From: Phaeosaccion multiseriatum
Taxonomy: Eukaryota > Protista > Ochrophyta, other classes
Length of the DNA: 64,000 nt
Direction: 5' to 3'
Assembly (NCBI GenBank): GCA_965112735.1
Contig: OZ218962.1
Location: forward strand, 62,001 to 126,000
In this document: in pieces, positions 1 through 12,763 of the stretch
Layout: the number at the start of each line of letters is the position of its first letter
Position numbering within the stretch: position 1 is the first letter of the stretch
The notes under the pieces: generated by a model
Told to the model about the DNA's origin: nothing
What the model saw: only the letters and a program-made list of their open reading frames with translations
The model's database searches: none
Program-made: the position numbers and the translations under genes

Positions 1-2401
1 TGGGATGAGGGCGAGCAGGAGCGTCCAGGGGGCGGGGCTCGCGTGCGTGCGTGCGTGGCTCCCTTCGCCCCCCGGGGCAGCTTGGTCGAGGAGGTAGGCC
101 ATGAGCCCTGCCCACACCTTGGGGTGCCGTACGTCCTCCACGCCGCTCAGCCACACTCCCACCAGGGGCACCTGCACGCACAGAGGATCCTGAGGGGGGG
201 GAGATGGCAGTGGAAGAGTGCGATCAGGTGGGTGAGGGTGCGGGATTCCCTCCTCCACCTCCATGGGTGCCATCCGGTGCCATCCCGTAGGCGGGAGCTT
301 AGCCTCACACTGCCACTCACACTGCCACTCACGCACTCACTCACTCACTCACTCACGCACTCACTCACTCACTCACGCACTCACTCACTCACTCACTCAC
401 TCACTCACTCACTCACTCACTCACTCACTCACTCACTCAGTCAGTCAGTCAGTCAGTCAGTCAGTCAGTCACTCAGTCAGTCACTCACTCACTCACCGAC
501 TCTTCCAGGAGCACCGCCCGCCTCGCCTCGTTGAGCGTGAGCACGCCGCTCGACATGGGCACGATGGGCGCGATGGACCCGTGCCCTCTCTGCCCTCTCT
601 GCAGCTGCAAAAGGGTCTCTGCGAGGGGCGTGTGGAGCAGCGGCAGGGGCATGATGGGCGTCACCTCCAGACACACGTTGGGAAGCACCGCCTCGGCTCG
701 GAAGCGCATGGACGTGAAGCCTGGCACCTCTGACACCTCGCACGACAACCGCAGGGGCAGCATCCGACACTCCGCCGCGTCGCCCGAGGAGCCACAGCTA
801 GAGCCATAGCAGTTGGTCGTACGGCCGTGTACGAAGCTGGTCATGAAGCTTCCGTACTCCTCCTCGGACACGCGCAGGGCCGCCAGAGAGGACAGTCCCT
901 CTCTCTCTCGCTCTTTCTCCCTCACAGGAGGTGTCCCGCCCTCCCCCCTCGGGGCAGCGCCGCCGCTCACGCCCATGACCTGCGCCGCAAGGAGGGAATG
1001 CCGCGCCTGCCCCTGACCTAAGCAAGTTCCCTGCCCCATGAGCCGCTCCGCAGCGCCGCCCGCCGCGCCCCAACACGCTACACGCGAAGTCGCCACCTCC
1101 ACCTCGGACAAGGACGAGGGGCCCGTGTCAGGGGCAGTTTCAGTGCCAGCTTCGAATACAAGCGTGTAGGCCGCCTTGCTGCGGATGGCCGCCATGCGCG
1201 GATCGTTCTCCAGACCATTCTGCAGACCGTTCTCTGCGCCCCCCCGGGCCAAGTCGCTGGTCCGGACCAGCCTCCCCGCGAGGGCCCCTGCCACTGCGTA
1301 GCGGCGCTCGTCCTCCCCACTCTTGCGTAAGGCCCCGAGCTTGTCGGAGAGGACCCGGGCCATTTGCCGTGCAGTGGCCAGGGGGAGCAACACGGCGGGG
1401 AGCACGCTCGAGGGCTGCAGACAGAGGGTGGGGCCTCTCCCCGAGGGGGTGCTGTCCCACAGAGAGAGAGTGCTGCTAGGGAAGCGGATGGAGCCGAAGT
1501 ACACGTCATTCGCATTCGCCGCCGCACAGGCTGGCGAGGCCGCCGGCCCCAGGGAGGGGGAGGGGGAGGGCCTGTCATACAGCAGGGGGAAGAGCAACAC
1601 ACTTTGAGCAACAGCTCCTACCAGCAGGGTAGCAAGGGTACAAAAGACGGCAAAGGGAAGCAGATAATGGGGTAAAGGGTAGCTGACACGGCCTCCCCCC
1701 TGAGGAGGCACCCCACTCCCATCTCCCGGGCTCACCGCTGGTAAGAAGCGGCGCCTCCCCCCCAGCCACCCCTTCCCGCCTGCGCCTCCTTGTCCCCCAT
1801 GGCAGCTCTCACGGCCCTGGCAGCCTGGAGGCCGAGCAAGATGCTGCCGCCCCTGCTTGGGCCTGCGCGGCCACATTGCCTGCTACTGCTGCTGCTACTG
1901 CTGCTGCTGCTACGGGGGGCGCCCTTCTCGGGAGCGGGAGAGCCTCCGTAGGGAGAGCCTCCGTAGGGAACGGTGAAGGGGGGGGCGGCAGAGTGCTCAC
2001 ACTCTGACTCTGTGGATGGCGTTGCGGACAGCAGAAAGGGCATATGTTGGGAAACTGGTGGACGGCAATTACAGTTTCTCTCCGCCCCCCTCCCTCCCAC
2101 CCCCTCCCTCTGCTCCTTTCCATCCTCTCCTCCCCAGATCCCACCTGATTCGTCTGGGAAGTAGGCCGACTGGCCTTTGCCTCTTCCGCGTATTGAGGGC
2201 CCCAGGTCAGCTGCGCGTTCGGAGAAGAGCGTCTGCTCACTCTCCGACTAGATGATAGCAGGATCAGAGGAATATACAGGGGTGGGAAGAGTCAGCTGAG
2301 TGCAGAGGAGAGAGGAGGAGAGGAGAGAGGAGAGAGGACGAGAGGGGAAAGAGAGTAAGTGGGAGAGGGTTCGCGAGATCGACAGCAAATACCTCTTCCA
2401 T
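1..2401 (-). CDS. STIL N-terminal domain (SCL-interrupting locus-like) protein, spliced, 3' end runs off the window
   Basis: Spliced model starts at ATG 2401 (MEE|SESEQ...|ESECEH...YQR|PSPS...) and joins the long exon ~1572-498. It then continues in an exon below ~190 reading DPLCVQVPLVGVWLSGVEDVRHPKVWAGLMAYL. Motifs IRFPSSTLSLWDSTPSG and GVLTLNEARRAVLLEES-DP..VPLVGVWLSG..HPKVW resemble, from memory, vertebrate STIL ([48 protein letters not shown]...SPQVW). Confidence 0.75.
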
Positions 2402-2760
2402 GAGCTTCCCAGCAGGCGCTCAACTTGCCCCTTCGTTAATGGACTACGTGCAATCCGCTGGAAGCTTATCAAGGGAGGGGAAGGGAGGGATGCTCGAATT
2501 TTCAAACGGGTGCATTCATTATTGACTTATGTAAGTGTGCCGGCGCCACAGGCCACGTTGGTGCTCCAAGTCACAGTTCCCTTTCGATTTTTCCATTCAA
2601 AAAAAAAACTGGGAGACGCCTGGATACGCCTAAGAGCTCTGGGCGGTGGCAGCAGCCAGCAGCAGCAGAGGAAGGGCTGTGCAGTAGACTCACGAGCAGA
2701 GTGGTGGTGGTGGTTGTAGGTACCCAACTCAATTTTCGAAACCTTCGTTTGTTAAGGAAA

Positions 2761-5700
2761 ATGTCTTGGCGTGCGGTGCTGCTGCTCCTCCTGCTTTCAC
2801 TCGCTCATGCATGGGTTCCCAGAATCGCTTCCTCGTCAAGAGGACTAGTACCTCCGCCACCAGCCGTTGTGAATGTGCCCCATGACCAAGGACACCAGTA
2901 TCCTAGCAGTACCCACGCTGCCCGTAGCTTGTGGGATGACGATGTTGTGTTCCTCGCGAACAGCTCCATCTCTGCGTTGCAAGCGAAGGCCTCCGCTGCC
3001 GCAGCTGCGGCTGGACCGACATCAGTCTCGTACATGAGGCCCTGGAACGCGGAGGGGGGGGGGTACGGCGTGCCAGGAGGGGAGACCGACGCAGACGCCG
3101 ACACCGGGCTCTCTCCTAGTCACGTGCCCCTCTTCTTCATTCGACGGCCTCTGCTGCCCCTGCAAACGAAGGGGGCGAATATAATAGGTGGGGGAGCTTG
3201 ATTGAATACTTGAGGATACTCTTCGCTCTCGTTTGGCATTGCCCTAATCCTCTCCTGCCCCCCCCCCCCTCCAAACGTTGCCTCTCTGTGGCGGCTCAGA
3301 GGAGCGATACAAGAAGATGATCGAGAAGCACTCGGAGATAGCCCTCGTATACAACGCCTCCGACAGCCGCGGAGTTGCGGCGGGGGGCGTGCTGGCTGAG
3401 ATCTGCCAGAGAGAGGCAGGGCTCTCCGCCAACTCCACGCGCATAGTTCTGAGGGGGCAGCGCAGCTTCGAGCTCACGGCAGTGCTTCGGCCGCCGGACA
3501 AAGAGAGGAAGAAGTACGCCATCGGCGAGGTGAAAGAGCACGCAACGGCTGCTGGGGACGTTGGTGGTACGGCTGCTGCTCAGGTGGCGCAGCGGGTGGC
3601 GGAAGCTTTCTTGCGAGTGCTGCCGCTGAGGAGGGAAGTGGTGCCTGTGCCGCTCTGGCGGGAGGAACACGCTCAGGCTCTGTGGCAGATCGACGGGGCG
3701 AGAGACCCGGAAAAGGTGAGGGGAGAGGGGCCCGTACATCGGGGGGGGAGGCGCGTCTGTTTGCAATGAGTGAACAGAAGGCAACACACAATGCCGTTAT
3801 CGAACTCTGATTGGGCCCAAGTTGTATATATATATACCCCACGTGTGGAAGGAGGGTGGTAGAAAAAGTTGCGCGTCTCTTTGCAAGAAGTGAATCGTGG
3901 AGTGAGGGTTAGGTAGAAGGAGTGCCCCCCCCCCCCCCCCGGTAACCCGCTCGTTGCCCTCTTTAACTCCGCTCCTCTCCGGCCCTCTATAAACAGACGT
4001 GCTGGCAAGTGGCGCGCCTCTTCGCCTTGTCCTCCCGCCAAAAGCAGCAGCTGCTGCAGGAGCCCGCTCTCGTGCGGCGTCTCGAGGCTGTGGAGCGGCT
4101 CGTGCTGGAGGTGGGCAGCAGCTTCCAACGGACCCTGGCCCTGCGCAAGGAGGCAGAGGCAAGGCAGCAGCAGCTCGACCCCGCCCAGCTGCAGTTTCAG
4201 TATCAGGGAGGGGGTGCGTGGGCGGCAGAGGCGGCGGCCGCGGCTCTCAAGGGGACCGTGAAGGTGTGTCTGTGTGTCTGTGTGTCTTGCTTGTTGCATG
4301 TTGCCGTCTCATGCTTGACAACTCATCCCATGCTTTCACAGTACGTAGCAGCACGTAAGGAGCACCTCCCCCCCCGCACTCACTCCTCCCAACGCACTGA
4401 TCCAGGTGGGCTTCAACGGAACCGCCACGAACGCGTCTGCGGGGGACATGCGCACGTCACGCAGCCAGGGCAGCGGTTTCGTGCTCTGGACGGACGCCGA
4501 GCAGGCCAGCCCCTACCCGCCCACTCAGGCGGTGCTGCTCACCAACGCACACGCCGTAGACGACAGGGGCAGGGACGATGTTGACGTCACCTTCTCAGAC
4601 GGACGCACCCTCAGGGGAAAGGTGCTCAAGCGATGGGTGAGTAAGTCAGTGAGTAAGTCACAGGGAGAGGGGGGAAGGGAGAGGGGCCAGTCCTGTCCTG
4701 CATTCATCGCCAATTCTGCATCCCTCACCCCCCTTCCCTGCCTCGCCTCAGGAGGACACAGAAGGGCAGCACTGGGACTTCGCACACGACTTCGCCCTCT
4801 TACATGTGCCTCTGAGAGAGGAGGGCCTCCGAGTCGAGGAGGAGCAGCAGCAGCCGCCGCAGCAGTCGGTGGTGATGCGGCAGGAGGGGCAGCGGGAGGG
4901 CGTGGCGGCACACGCGCTGGTTTTAGGCGACAGTGAGAGCGCCAAAGTGGGGGAGTGGTGCCTCACAGCAGGTGGGTAGGATGGCAGTGGATGGGGGATG
5001 GGTTGGGGGGGGGCTCTGCTGTGTCGAGGAGGGCGAGTCCTCTTCTCCTCAGGGTTCGCCCTAATGATGAGCTTGCTGCGGATCTTGCATGACATCTCCG
5101 TCCTCCCTCTATGTCGGGCCATGCAGGTTACCCATCCGACGTGCCTGCCCTCGTGACCTTGGGCATCGTGAGTGGGCTGTCCCGCCCCGAGGGGGAGGGC
5201 TCTGCTGCCGGGGCGGGTCCGGCGGCGGAAAAGGTTCCCGACGAGCTGCTGCTTGATGTGGGGGTGTCGCTCATCGCCACGGACTGCACCTACAACAAGG
5301 GGTGAGTCTTGGAGGGGAGGGGATGGCAGGGGATGGCAGGGGATGGCAAGGGGGTTGGAAGTTAAGGGTCGTGTGCCGTCCTCAGTCGAGAAGCGCCTCT
5401 GGAGCTGCAAATGGAGCAACCGAATCTTTGGTAGGGTTAGGCGTGCCCTCGTGCTGCACTCGTGCTGCAGAGAGAGCTCAAACCAACCTCCCTCCTCCTC
5501 CTTCTTCCCTCCCGCTGCCCCGCTGCCCCGCTGCCCCGCTTCCTCACTCCGCCGCCGCGGGGAGCAGCATCAGCGGAGGGCCGCTCGTCAACGCCGCCGG
5601 AGAAGTCATCGGCCTCAACACCTTCGTGCGGCCCGGCCTCTCGGGCATCGGTGAGGAGCTCGCTTACTCACTCACTCCCTCACTCACTCACTCACTCACT

Positions 5701-6138
5701 CACTCACTCACTCACTCACTCACTCACTCACTCACTCACTCACTCACTTACTCCCCTCACCTCACGCACTCACTCTCTCACTCACTTACTCCCCTCACCT
5801 CACTCACTCACTCTCTCACTCACTCTCCCACTCACTTACTCCCCTCACCTCACTCACTCACTCACTCACTCACACACTCACGTACTCCCTCCCTCCCTCC
5901 CTCCTCCCTCTCTCCCTCCTCCCTCCTCCCTCCTCCCTCCCTCCCTCCCTCCCTCCCTCCCCGCCTCCCTCCCTCCCTCCCTCCCTCCCCGCCTCCCTCC
6001 CTCCCTCCCTCCCTCCCTCCCTCAGGCTTTGCGGTGGCCATCAACAGGGTGCGCTCCGCGGTGAACGCGTATGCCTGCTCCCCCGGGGGGCGCGCGGCTC
6101 TGGGGCGCACATCGGAGGACGGCCCTCTCCTTCCGTGA
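2761..6138 (+). CDS. Lon N-terminal (substrate-binding)-like domain fused to a DegP/HtrA-type trypsin serine protease, no PDZ; probable plastid presequence
   Basis: Signal peptide MSWRAVLLLLLLSLAHA-WVP. Lon-N-like motifs PLFFIRRPLLP, EERYKKMI, RIVLRGQRSFEL and LFALSSRQKQQLLQEPALVRRLE. Protease motifs GSGFV, LLTNAHAV, HDFALL, LGDSESAKVGEW, VTLGIVSG, TDCTYNKG|ISGGPLVNAAGEVIGLNT and GIG|FAVAIN. Exons are joined by GT-AG introns. Confidence 0.85.
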
Positions 6139-7267
6139 GGGTACGTTACAGACCATGTGCTGCTGTCCGTTACTGTGAGCCTAAAGGCCATCTGCTGCCT
6201 TCCGCGAGGGGCAAGGAGCGCTCTGGCCTGACTGGGGCGGCGCTTGAGAGACTCGAGTCACGAGGGATTGAGTGGCGCGGCAGTTGGTGATACAGCAGCA
6301 GAGGCTGAGGGCACGTCAGTTGGTGATACAGCGGCCTTCTAGGGACGTCACAGGGCCTGCTAATCGCCGCGTATGGGCCATGTTGAAACGCTGCGTGGAG
6401 CTCATGCGCACATTCGATGCACAGAGAGCAACAGAGACTTCCGAGCTTTGACCATCGGGTATGACCCGGGGTGTGTGCCCAGGGGGGGGGTGTTCCCAGA
6501 GGGTCTGCTGTGCTGGAGGGTCGAGGGAGGCAAAGCTGAATCGCTCCCTACGGTGGCCCCACGCACGCACGCACGGACGCACGGACGCGTCCCAGGCCTT
6601 TCCATTCAGATGCAGCCCGAAAGGAGCTGTCTGCGAGGCTTCAGCGTGCTTGCAAGGAGCGACCTCGTCTATCGGCCCATCGATATATCGAGAGATCGAA
6701 ATATCATATGTCTGGGTAAATCGATACAGAGAGAGAGGGGAAAACATGTATCTGGATAAATCGATTTATCGAGAGATCGAAATCGATCTGTCCGTCTCGG
6801 GTCTAGGCCGGGGGGATGATGGGCATGATGGGCATTGTGAGTGTTCCTTGGGCCCAAAAGCCTCACGTAAGCCTCACGTAAGCCTCACGTAAGCCTCACG
6901 TACGTAAGCCTTACGTAAGCCTTACGTAACGCAAGCGTCCCGAGCGTCATGTGACGGGTGAAGCTCCTCCTCCTGCGTGGAGGCGTGTGGCGTGTGGTGT
7001 GTGGTGTATCACCAACTGGTGTGTGGTGTGTGGTGTGTGGTGTGTGCACCTTTTGGGGATAGCTCGGCGGCATTGAGTTGCTCGAAGGACCCGAGCTCAC
7101 CAGATCACTGGTGCCCCGACACTGTTTCTAAAATGGCGACATAACAAGTATATATTTTACACAGCGGCCTCTTGCCGTACGCCGTCAGACTCATGTTAGT
7201 AATAGAAACCTTCACGACTCATGTTAATATTTCGTAGTATAAGAAACAAGGGGGAACAGAAGCAGAA

Positions 7268-7422
7268 GTGGTGGTAGTAGTAGTAGTGGTAGTGGTAGTA
7301 GTAGTAGTAGTAGTAGTAGTAATAGTAGTAGTAGTAATAGTAGTAGTAGTAGTAGTAGAGTAGTAGTAGTTGTAGTAGTCGTAGGAGTAGGGGCAGTGGT
7401 GGTAGTAGTGGTGGTAGTAGTG

Positions 7423-7463
<41 letters not shown>

Positions 7464-7610
7464 TTTAGTAGTAGTAGTAGTATAGTAGTAGTATAGTAGT
7501 AGTAGTAGAAGCAGTAGTAGTCGTAGGAGTAGGTGCAATAGTAGCAGTGGTAGTAGTAGTGCAGTAGTGGTTGTAGTAGTAACAGTAGTGGATGCTGTAG
7601 TGGTAGTGGC
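7268..7610. repeat. (TAG/GTA)n trinucleotide microsatellite tract
   Basis: Directly visible in the intergenic region between the convergent DegP-like and Patched-like genes. Confidence 0.9.
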
Positions 7611-8288
7611 ACTAGACAACATACACACCATGACTCCCCTCTCCTCCCGCCCCCCCCCCCCCCCTCCTCTCTTCTCCACTTCCCTCCTCTTTTGTCTCCT
7701 CCCCGCACGGCGGAGCGCACGTGCCGTATCCAAACCAGGACACGTGTCACAAGGAGGCGGGCAGTTCATGCCTACCCTTTCTCTCTCTCTTGTCACAGGG
7801 AGGCGGGGGCAGTTTGTACGGCCCTGCTTTTGACCCTTCGCTTCACCCTTCGCTTCAATGACTTTCCATCCCTCTGGTGCCCGCCCCGCGCATCGCCTCC
7901 CCTGCCCCCAAACAAAAATTTCGACACTCCATGAGCGCCCCCCCCCCCCACCCCCGCCTCTCTCCCCTCTCCTCTCTATGGTACACCACGCGCCTGCCTG
8001 GCGGTCTGTCCAGGGAGCGCCATCTCCCCTGCCACACCCGAAGGACTGACGCCGCACTGGGAGGGGGGGCAGATGCACTCCCCACAAGGCCAAGGCGAGA
8101 GGAGAGGCAAATGCGAAGAGGCCCTTCCTTCCTTCCTTCCTTCCCTCCCTCCCTCCTTCCTTCGTCCCCCGCCTCCTCCCTCCCTTCCGCATCCACCTGC
8201 AGGGGCCTCCTCCCCTCTTCCCCTCCTTGGGCATACTCCCCGGTCGGGTACCCCAAGTGTACGAAGCCAAAGCCGCCTTCCATCTATC

Positions 8289-9172
8289 TTATATGGCCAT
8301 GGGGTTGCCCGCCTCCCCCTCCCCTTCCGTCACCGCCGCCGCGCTGCCGCCCCCCCTGCCGCCGCTCCCCGCGAGGGACGACGCGAGGTGCTTACTCTCC
8401 TCCTCGATGAGATTGTTCTGCGCCGACTGATATGCGTCCGGACCCACCAGGCTCAGCAGCACAGGAAGGAAGATGAGGCCGTGGCCCAAGCCAACTGTGA
8501 CCGTGGTGAAGAACTGCTTGAAGAACACCACGAACACGTAGGACTTGCTGCCCGACAGGAGCAACACGGCAAGGAAGGTGCTGATGCCTCCGTTCAGCAC
8601 CGCCACCTGAGCGGAGCAGAGGAGGAGGGGGGGGGAGAACGGCGAAAGGAGGACGAGAAGAGGAGGCCGTCAGCCGGCGATGCACAAACACACACAGCCA
8701 CACACAAACACACACAGCCACACACAGCCATATACACAAACACACACAGCCATATACACAAACACACACAGACATACACAAACACACACAGCCATACACA
8801 GCCACACACAAACACACACAGCCATACACAAACACACACAGCCATACACAGCCATACACAGCCATACACAGCCCGGGCGACCGACAGCCCGGGCGACCGA
8901 CGGGGCCTGTGACGTGTCACTACGCCCTGTGCTCGACGCTCCTTGGTGCGCGCCATGGTGGCGGTACTCAGCCTCTGCAGGGTGTCTTAATCAGCCCCGG
9001 CCAACTGAAATTACTCCTCACCCCCCCGCCAAGTGTAACTAACTGCAACTCACCCCGATATCCCCGAGGGTCTTGACGACTCGCTCGTCCCGTGTGCCCG
9101 TCTTGAGCATGAACGAGTGCCCCACGTGGGCCTGTCGTGGTGTCAAGCAGTTTCGCACACACACACACACGT

Positions 9173-9224
<52 letters not shown>

Positions 9225-12200
9225 GGGGGGGGGGGTAGTGAGGGCACAACTCCTACGCACTGGGGCCCGGCCATCCACTTGAAGGCCAAAGTGGTTCATT
9301 GACTTACGGAGTAGTCCACGGAGAGGCCGATAGCGAGGACGAGATTGATGACAGCAATGTTGTCGATGGCCAAGCCCCAGTAGTAGATAACGCCTGGCAG
9401 GGGTGTGCGGTTAGTTCATAGCGCAGTCAAGTAGGTTAGTGAGTGGTCAGGCCGGGGAAGCTAGCTGTACATACTGGCTGCGAGTGAGAACGAGGGCCTT
9501 CCTTGGGGAACGCTCCACATGTACACACTTGAGGGTTGTGTGATGCAATCGATGGGCCTATCCTTCCCCTCCCCTCTGGCCTATCCTTCCCCTCCCCTCT
9601 GGCCTATCCTTCCCCTCCCCTCTGGCCTATCCTTCCCCTCCCCTCTGGCCTATCCTTCCCCTCCCCTCTGGCCTATCCTTCCCCTCCCCTCTGGCCTATC
9701 CTTCCCCTCCCCTCTGGCCTATCCTTCCCCTCCCCTCTGGCCTATCCTTCCCCTCCCCTCTGGCCTATCCTTCCCCTCCCCTCTGGCCTATCCTTCCCCT
9801 CCCCTCTGGCCTATCCTTCCCCTCCCCTCTGGCCTATCCTTCCCCTCCCCTCTGGCCTATCCTTCCCCTCCCCTCTGGCCTATCCTTCCCCTCCCCTCTG
9901 GCCTACCCTTCCCCTCCCCTCTGGCCTATCCTTCCCCTCCCCTCTGGCCTATCCTTCCCCTCCCCTCTGGCCTATCCTTCCCCTCCCCTCTGGCCTATCC
10001 TTCCCCTCCCCTCTGGCCTATCCTTCCCCTCCCCTCTGGCCTATCCTTCCCCTCCCCTCTGGCCTATCCTTCCCCTCCCCTCTGGCCTATCCTTCCCCTC
10101 CCCTCTGGCCTATCCTTCCCCTCCCCTCTGGCCTATCCTTCCCCTCCCCTCTGGCCTATCCTTCCCCACCCCTCTGGCCTATCCTTCCCCTCCCCGCCCC
10201 TCTGGACACGCACCGAGCTGATCGACGATGGTGAAGAGCACGCTGATGAAGACGAGAAGCGCCGTGACGGGGTGCGCGATGAGGATCAGCGTCACCACGA
10301 ACACCGCAATAAGAGAAACAGATAGACCCACGTACAGCTCCTGCAGGGGGCGGGCACACAGTCAGTCGGGCGGGGAGTTACGGCCATGGAGTTACGGCCA
10401 TGCGACAGCGACAGCGGCGGTCGACAGCGGCGGTCAGTTGGGCTTCACTTTACAATATACCAATCGTTTCGTCAAGGGCAGAGGTCAGTTTGGCTTCACT
10501 TCATTTCAATCGTTTCGTCAAGGGCAGAGGCCAAACCTCAATCGAGGGAGGCGTTCCCCTTCGCCGAGGAGCCAACCATCCCCTGCCATCCCCTGCCATC
10601 CCCTGCCATCCCCTGCCATGCCCTGCCATGCCCACGCTCACCTGCAGCAGCACGGCGTAGCTCTCCCACTCGAGGTAGGCGATGGTAAAGGGGAAGGCCT
10701 CCACCTCCAAGTCCTCGGCAAGATTGCGCGAGTCCTTCAGAGCGTCCACCTTCTTCATGGCGTTGCCGTTGATGCTCGACGAGTACTCCGACGCTGAGTA
10801 GTGAGTGTCAAGACAAGACATGCATCATGGGCAAAGGGAAGGTGGAGCGGTAGCTTGGATCAGCACGGGCGGCCCTCTCCCTCTTTGACGTTCTATTTGC
10901 CCCCCTGTGTGCTCCTTGCACCCCCCCTGACGTGAGCAACCCCCCCCCCAATCGATTCGGAGCATTCAGAGCTCCCCCCTGCCCCCCCTCCCCCCTCCCC
11001 CCCCGCCGAGGCGACGCACCAATCTTGGTGGCGAGGATGCTGTCGTAGCTCTGGAACACGACGGAGCTGTTGTAGCCCTTGCCGTCCCCGTCCAGGTAGG
11101 TGTGCAGCAGCGAGTAGAACTCCGTCTCGTTGGTCAGTACGGTGTTCCCGTCGGCGTTAACGGTTGCCGCTGCGGCGTTATCGTCCTCTGTGGCCCACAC
11201 CACGAAGTCGTCGTACCAGGAGGCGAAGGTGTCGCTCGTGGTGGGGTCCTGACACCATTGAGCGGCACCGGCCAGGGGCAGGGGGGAGGATAAGGTCAGC
11301 ATGGAGTGCGTGGGTGGGTGGGTGGGTGGGTGGGTGCGTGCGTGCGTGCGTGCGAGTGCTGGGAAGTCGTATAACACTACATCCCCTAAAATGAGCCCAC
11401 GAAGAGAGAGAGAGCGTCCCAGCTGCAGTTGAAGTCCTGCTTACCCGAATGTAGGGCGAGCGGCTCTCCTTGCCCTCGAACCTCGTGCGCACTTGGGCGA
11501 GGCCGTCCTGCTGGGCGAAGTAATCGAAGGTCTCGGTGATGAGCTCGAAACGCGTGCCGGTGTTGCTGAAGTACCTGTCCTCCGCAAGCTCATAGTCCTG
11601 CGGGGGGGGAGGGGTGCAGTGTGGGCAGCGCAAGCCAAGTGAGGCTCAGGCTCACCGAGTCGGTACGGACGCCTCTGGGAGCGCCATGTGGAGGCGTACG
11701 GGACTGTAACGTGCGTAACGTGCGGTACGGTAGGGGCCGGACTTACCCAGGCGTAGTGCTGCAGGGAGGGCCATCAGCGATCATCCATTGACCATCGTCC
11801 GGCGTGGCGGGGGGCGTTACACACGGAGAGGGGGAGCGGAAGGTTAGGGCGGTTAGAGGCATATGAGAAGAGGCGGGGTCTCGAGGTCTCGAGGTCTCGA
11901 GGGAGCGGTGGGCAGGGCGGTGGGCAGGCGTCACAGAGCAGAGAGCAGTAGGACCCTTCGGACCCACTCAGAGGCCACTCAGAGGCCACTCAGAGGCCCA
12001 ATCAGATGACCATTCTGACTCACGTCACGGGGGATGAAAGCGTCTGTGGGGTCCTCGACTCTGAGCTTGGTAGCGCCGTTGATGCCCGCCGTGAGCAACG
12101 CGAGGAAGCCGAGGATGACAAGCGCCTTCACGGGCTTCTTGGTCAGCTGCGGCGCGTAGTAGTTGATGATGAAGCGGCCTGAGGGGGGAGGGCGGGATGA

Positions 12201-12719
12201 TTTGGGCGGCTGAGATGTGAAAAAGGGTGAGCGGGTAGGAAAAGACTGTTGGTGAGAAGCCCGCTCGGTCGGGGTGAGGTACCAGTGTGAGTACCAGTGT
12301 GAGTACCAGTGTGGTGGGTACGGCACAGACTATACACGAGGACACCCACGCTGGAGCCTCGAGGGTCTCCACAAAAGTAATACCATGCTCACTACCATGC
12401 TCACTCACTCCTTCGTCGGAGTCTCCACACCACTACGCAAGCACTCACTTACCGACTCTGGAGCCCCTGGGGTCACCGAGGTCATACTCTCCTTCCTTGA
12501 GGTCCTTGGGGTCCTTCGCCCCTGCCCTCCTCACGCAGCACAGCACGTCGAGCCTCTTGTCGAAGCGGCGCCTCTCGTCCAGGCCCAGCAGCACCACGAA
12601 GAGCGTGCAGCTCAGCACGAAGAGCCCGAGAATGCCGCAGCTGCAGTGAACGCAAAAGCTCTGCAGCGCCGGTAGGGAGGACGTTGACGACACGAAGAAC
12701 GCCACGAAGTCCTGTGGCG

Positions 12720-12763
<44 letters not shown>

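Noticed and set aside
7196-8270. Poly-Tyr/Thr/Leu ORFs
   Set aside because: Artefacts of the (TAG)n microsatellite.
9519-10325. 268-aa and 232-aa Pro-rich repeat ORFs
   Set aside because: Stop-free translation of a 23-bp intronic minisatellite, antisense to the Patched-like gene.
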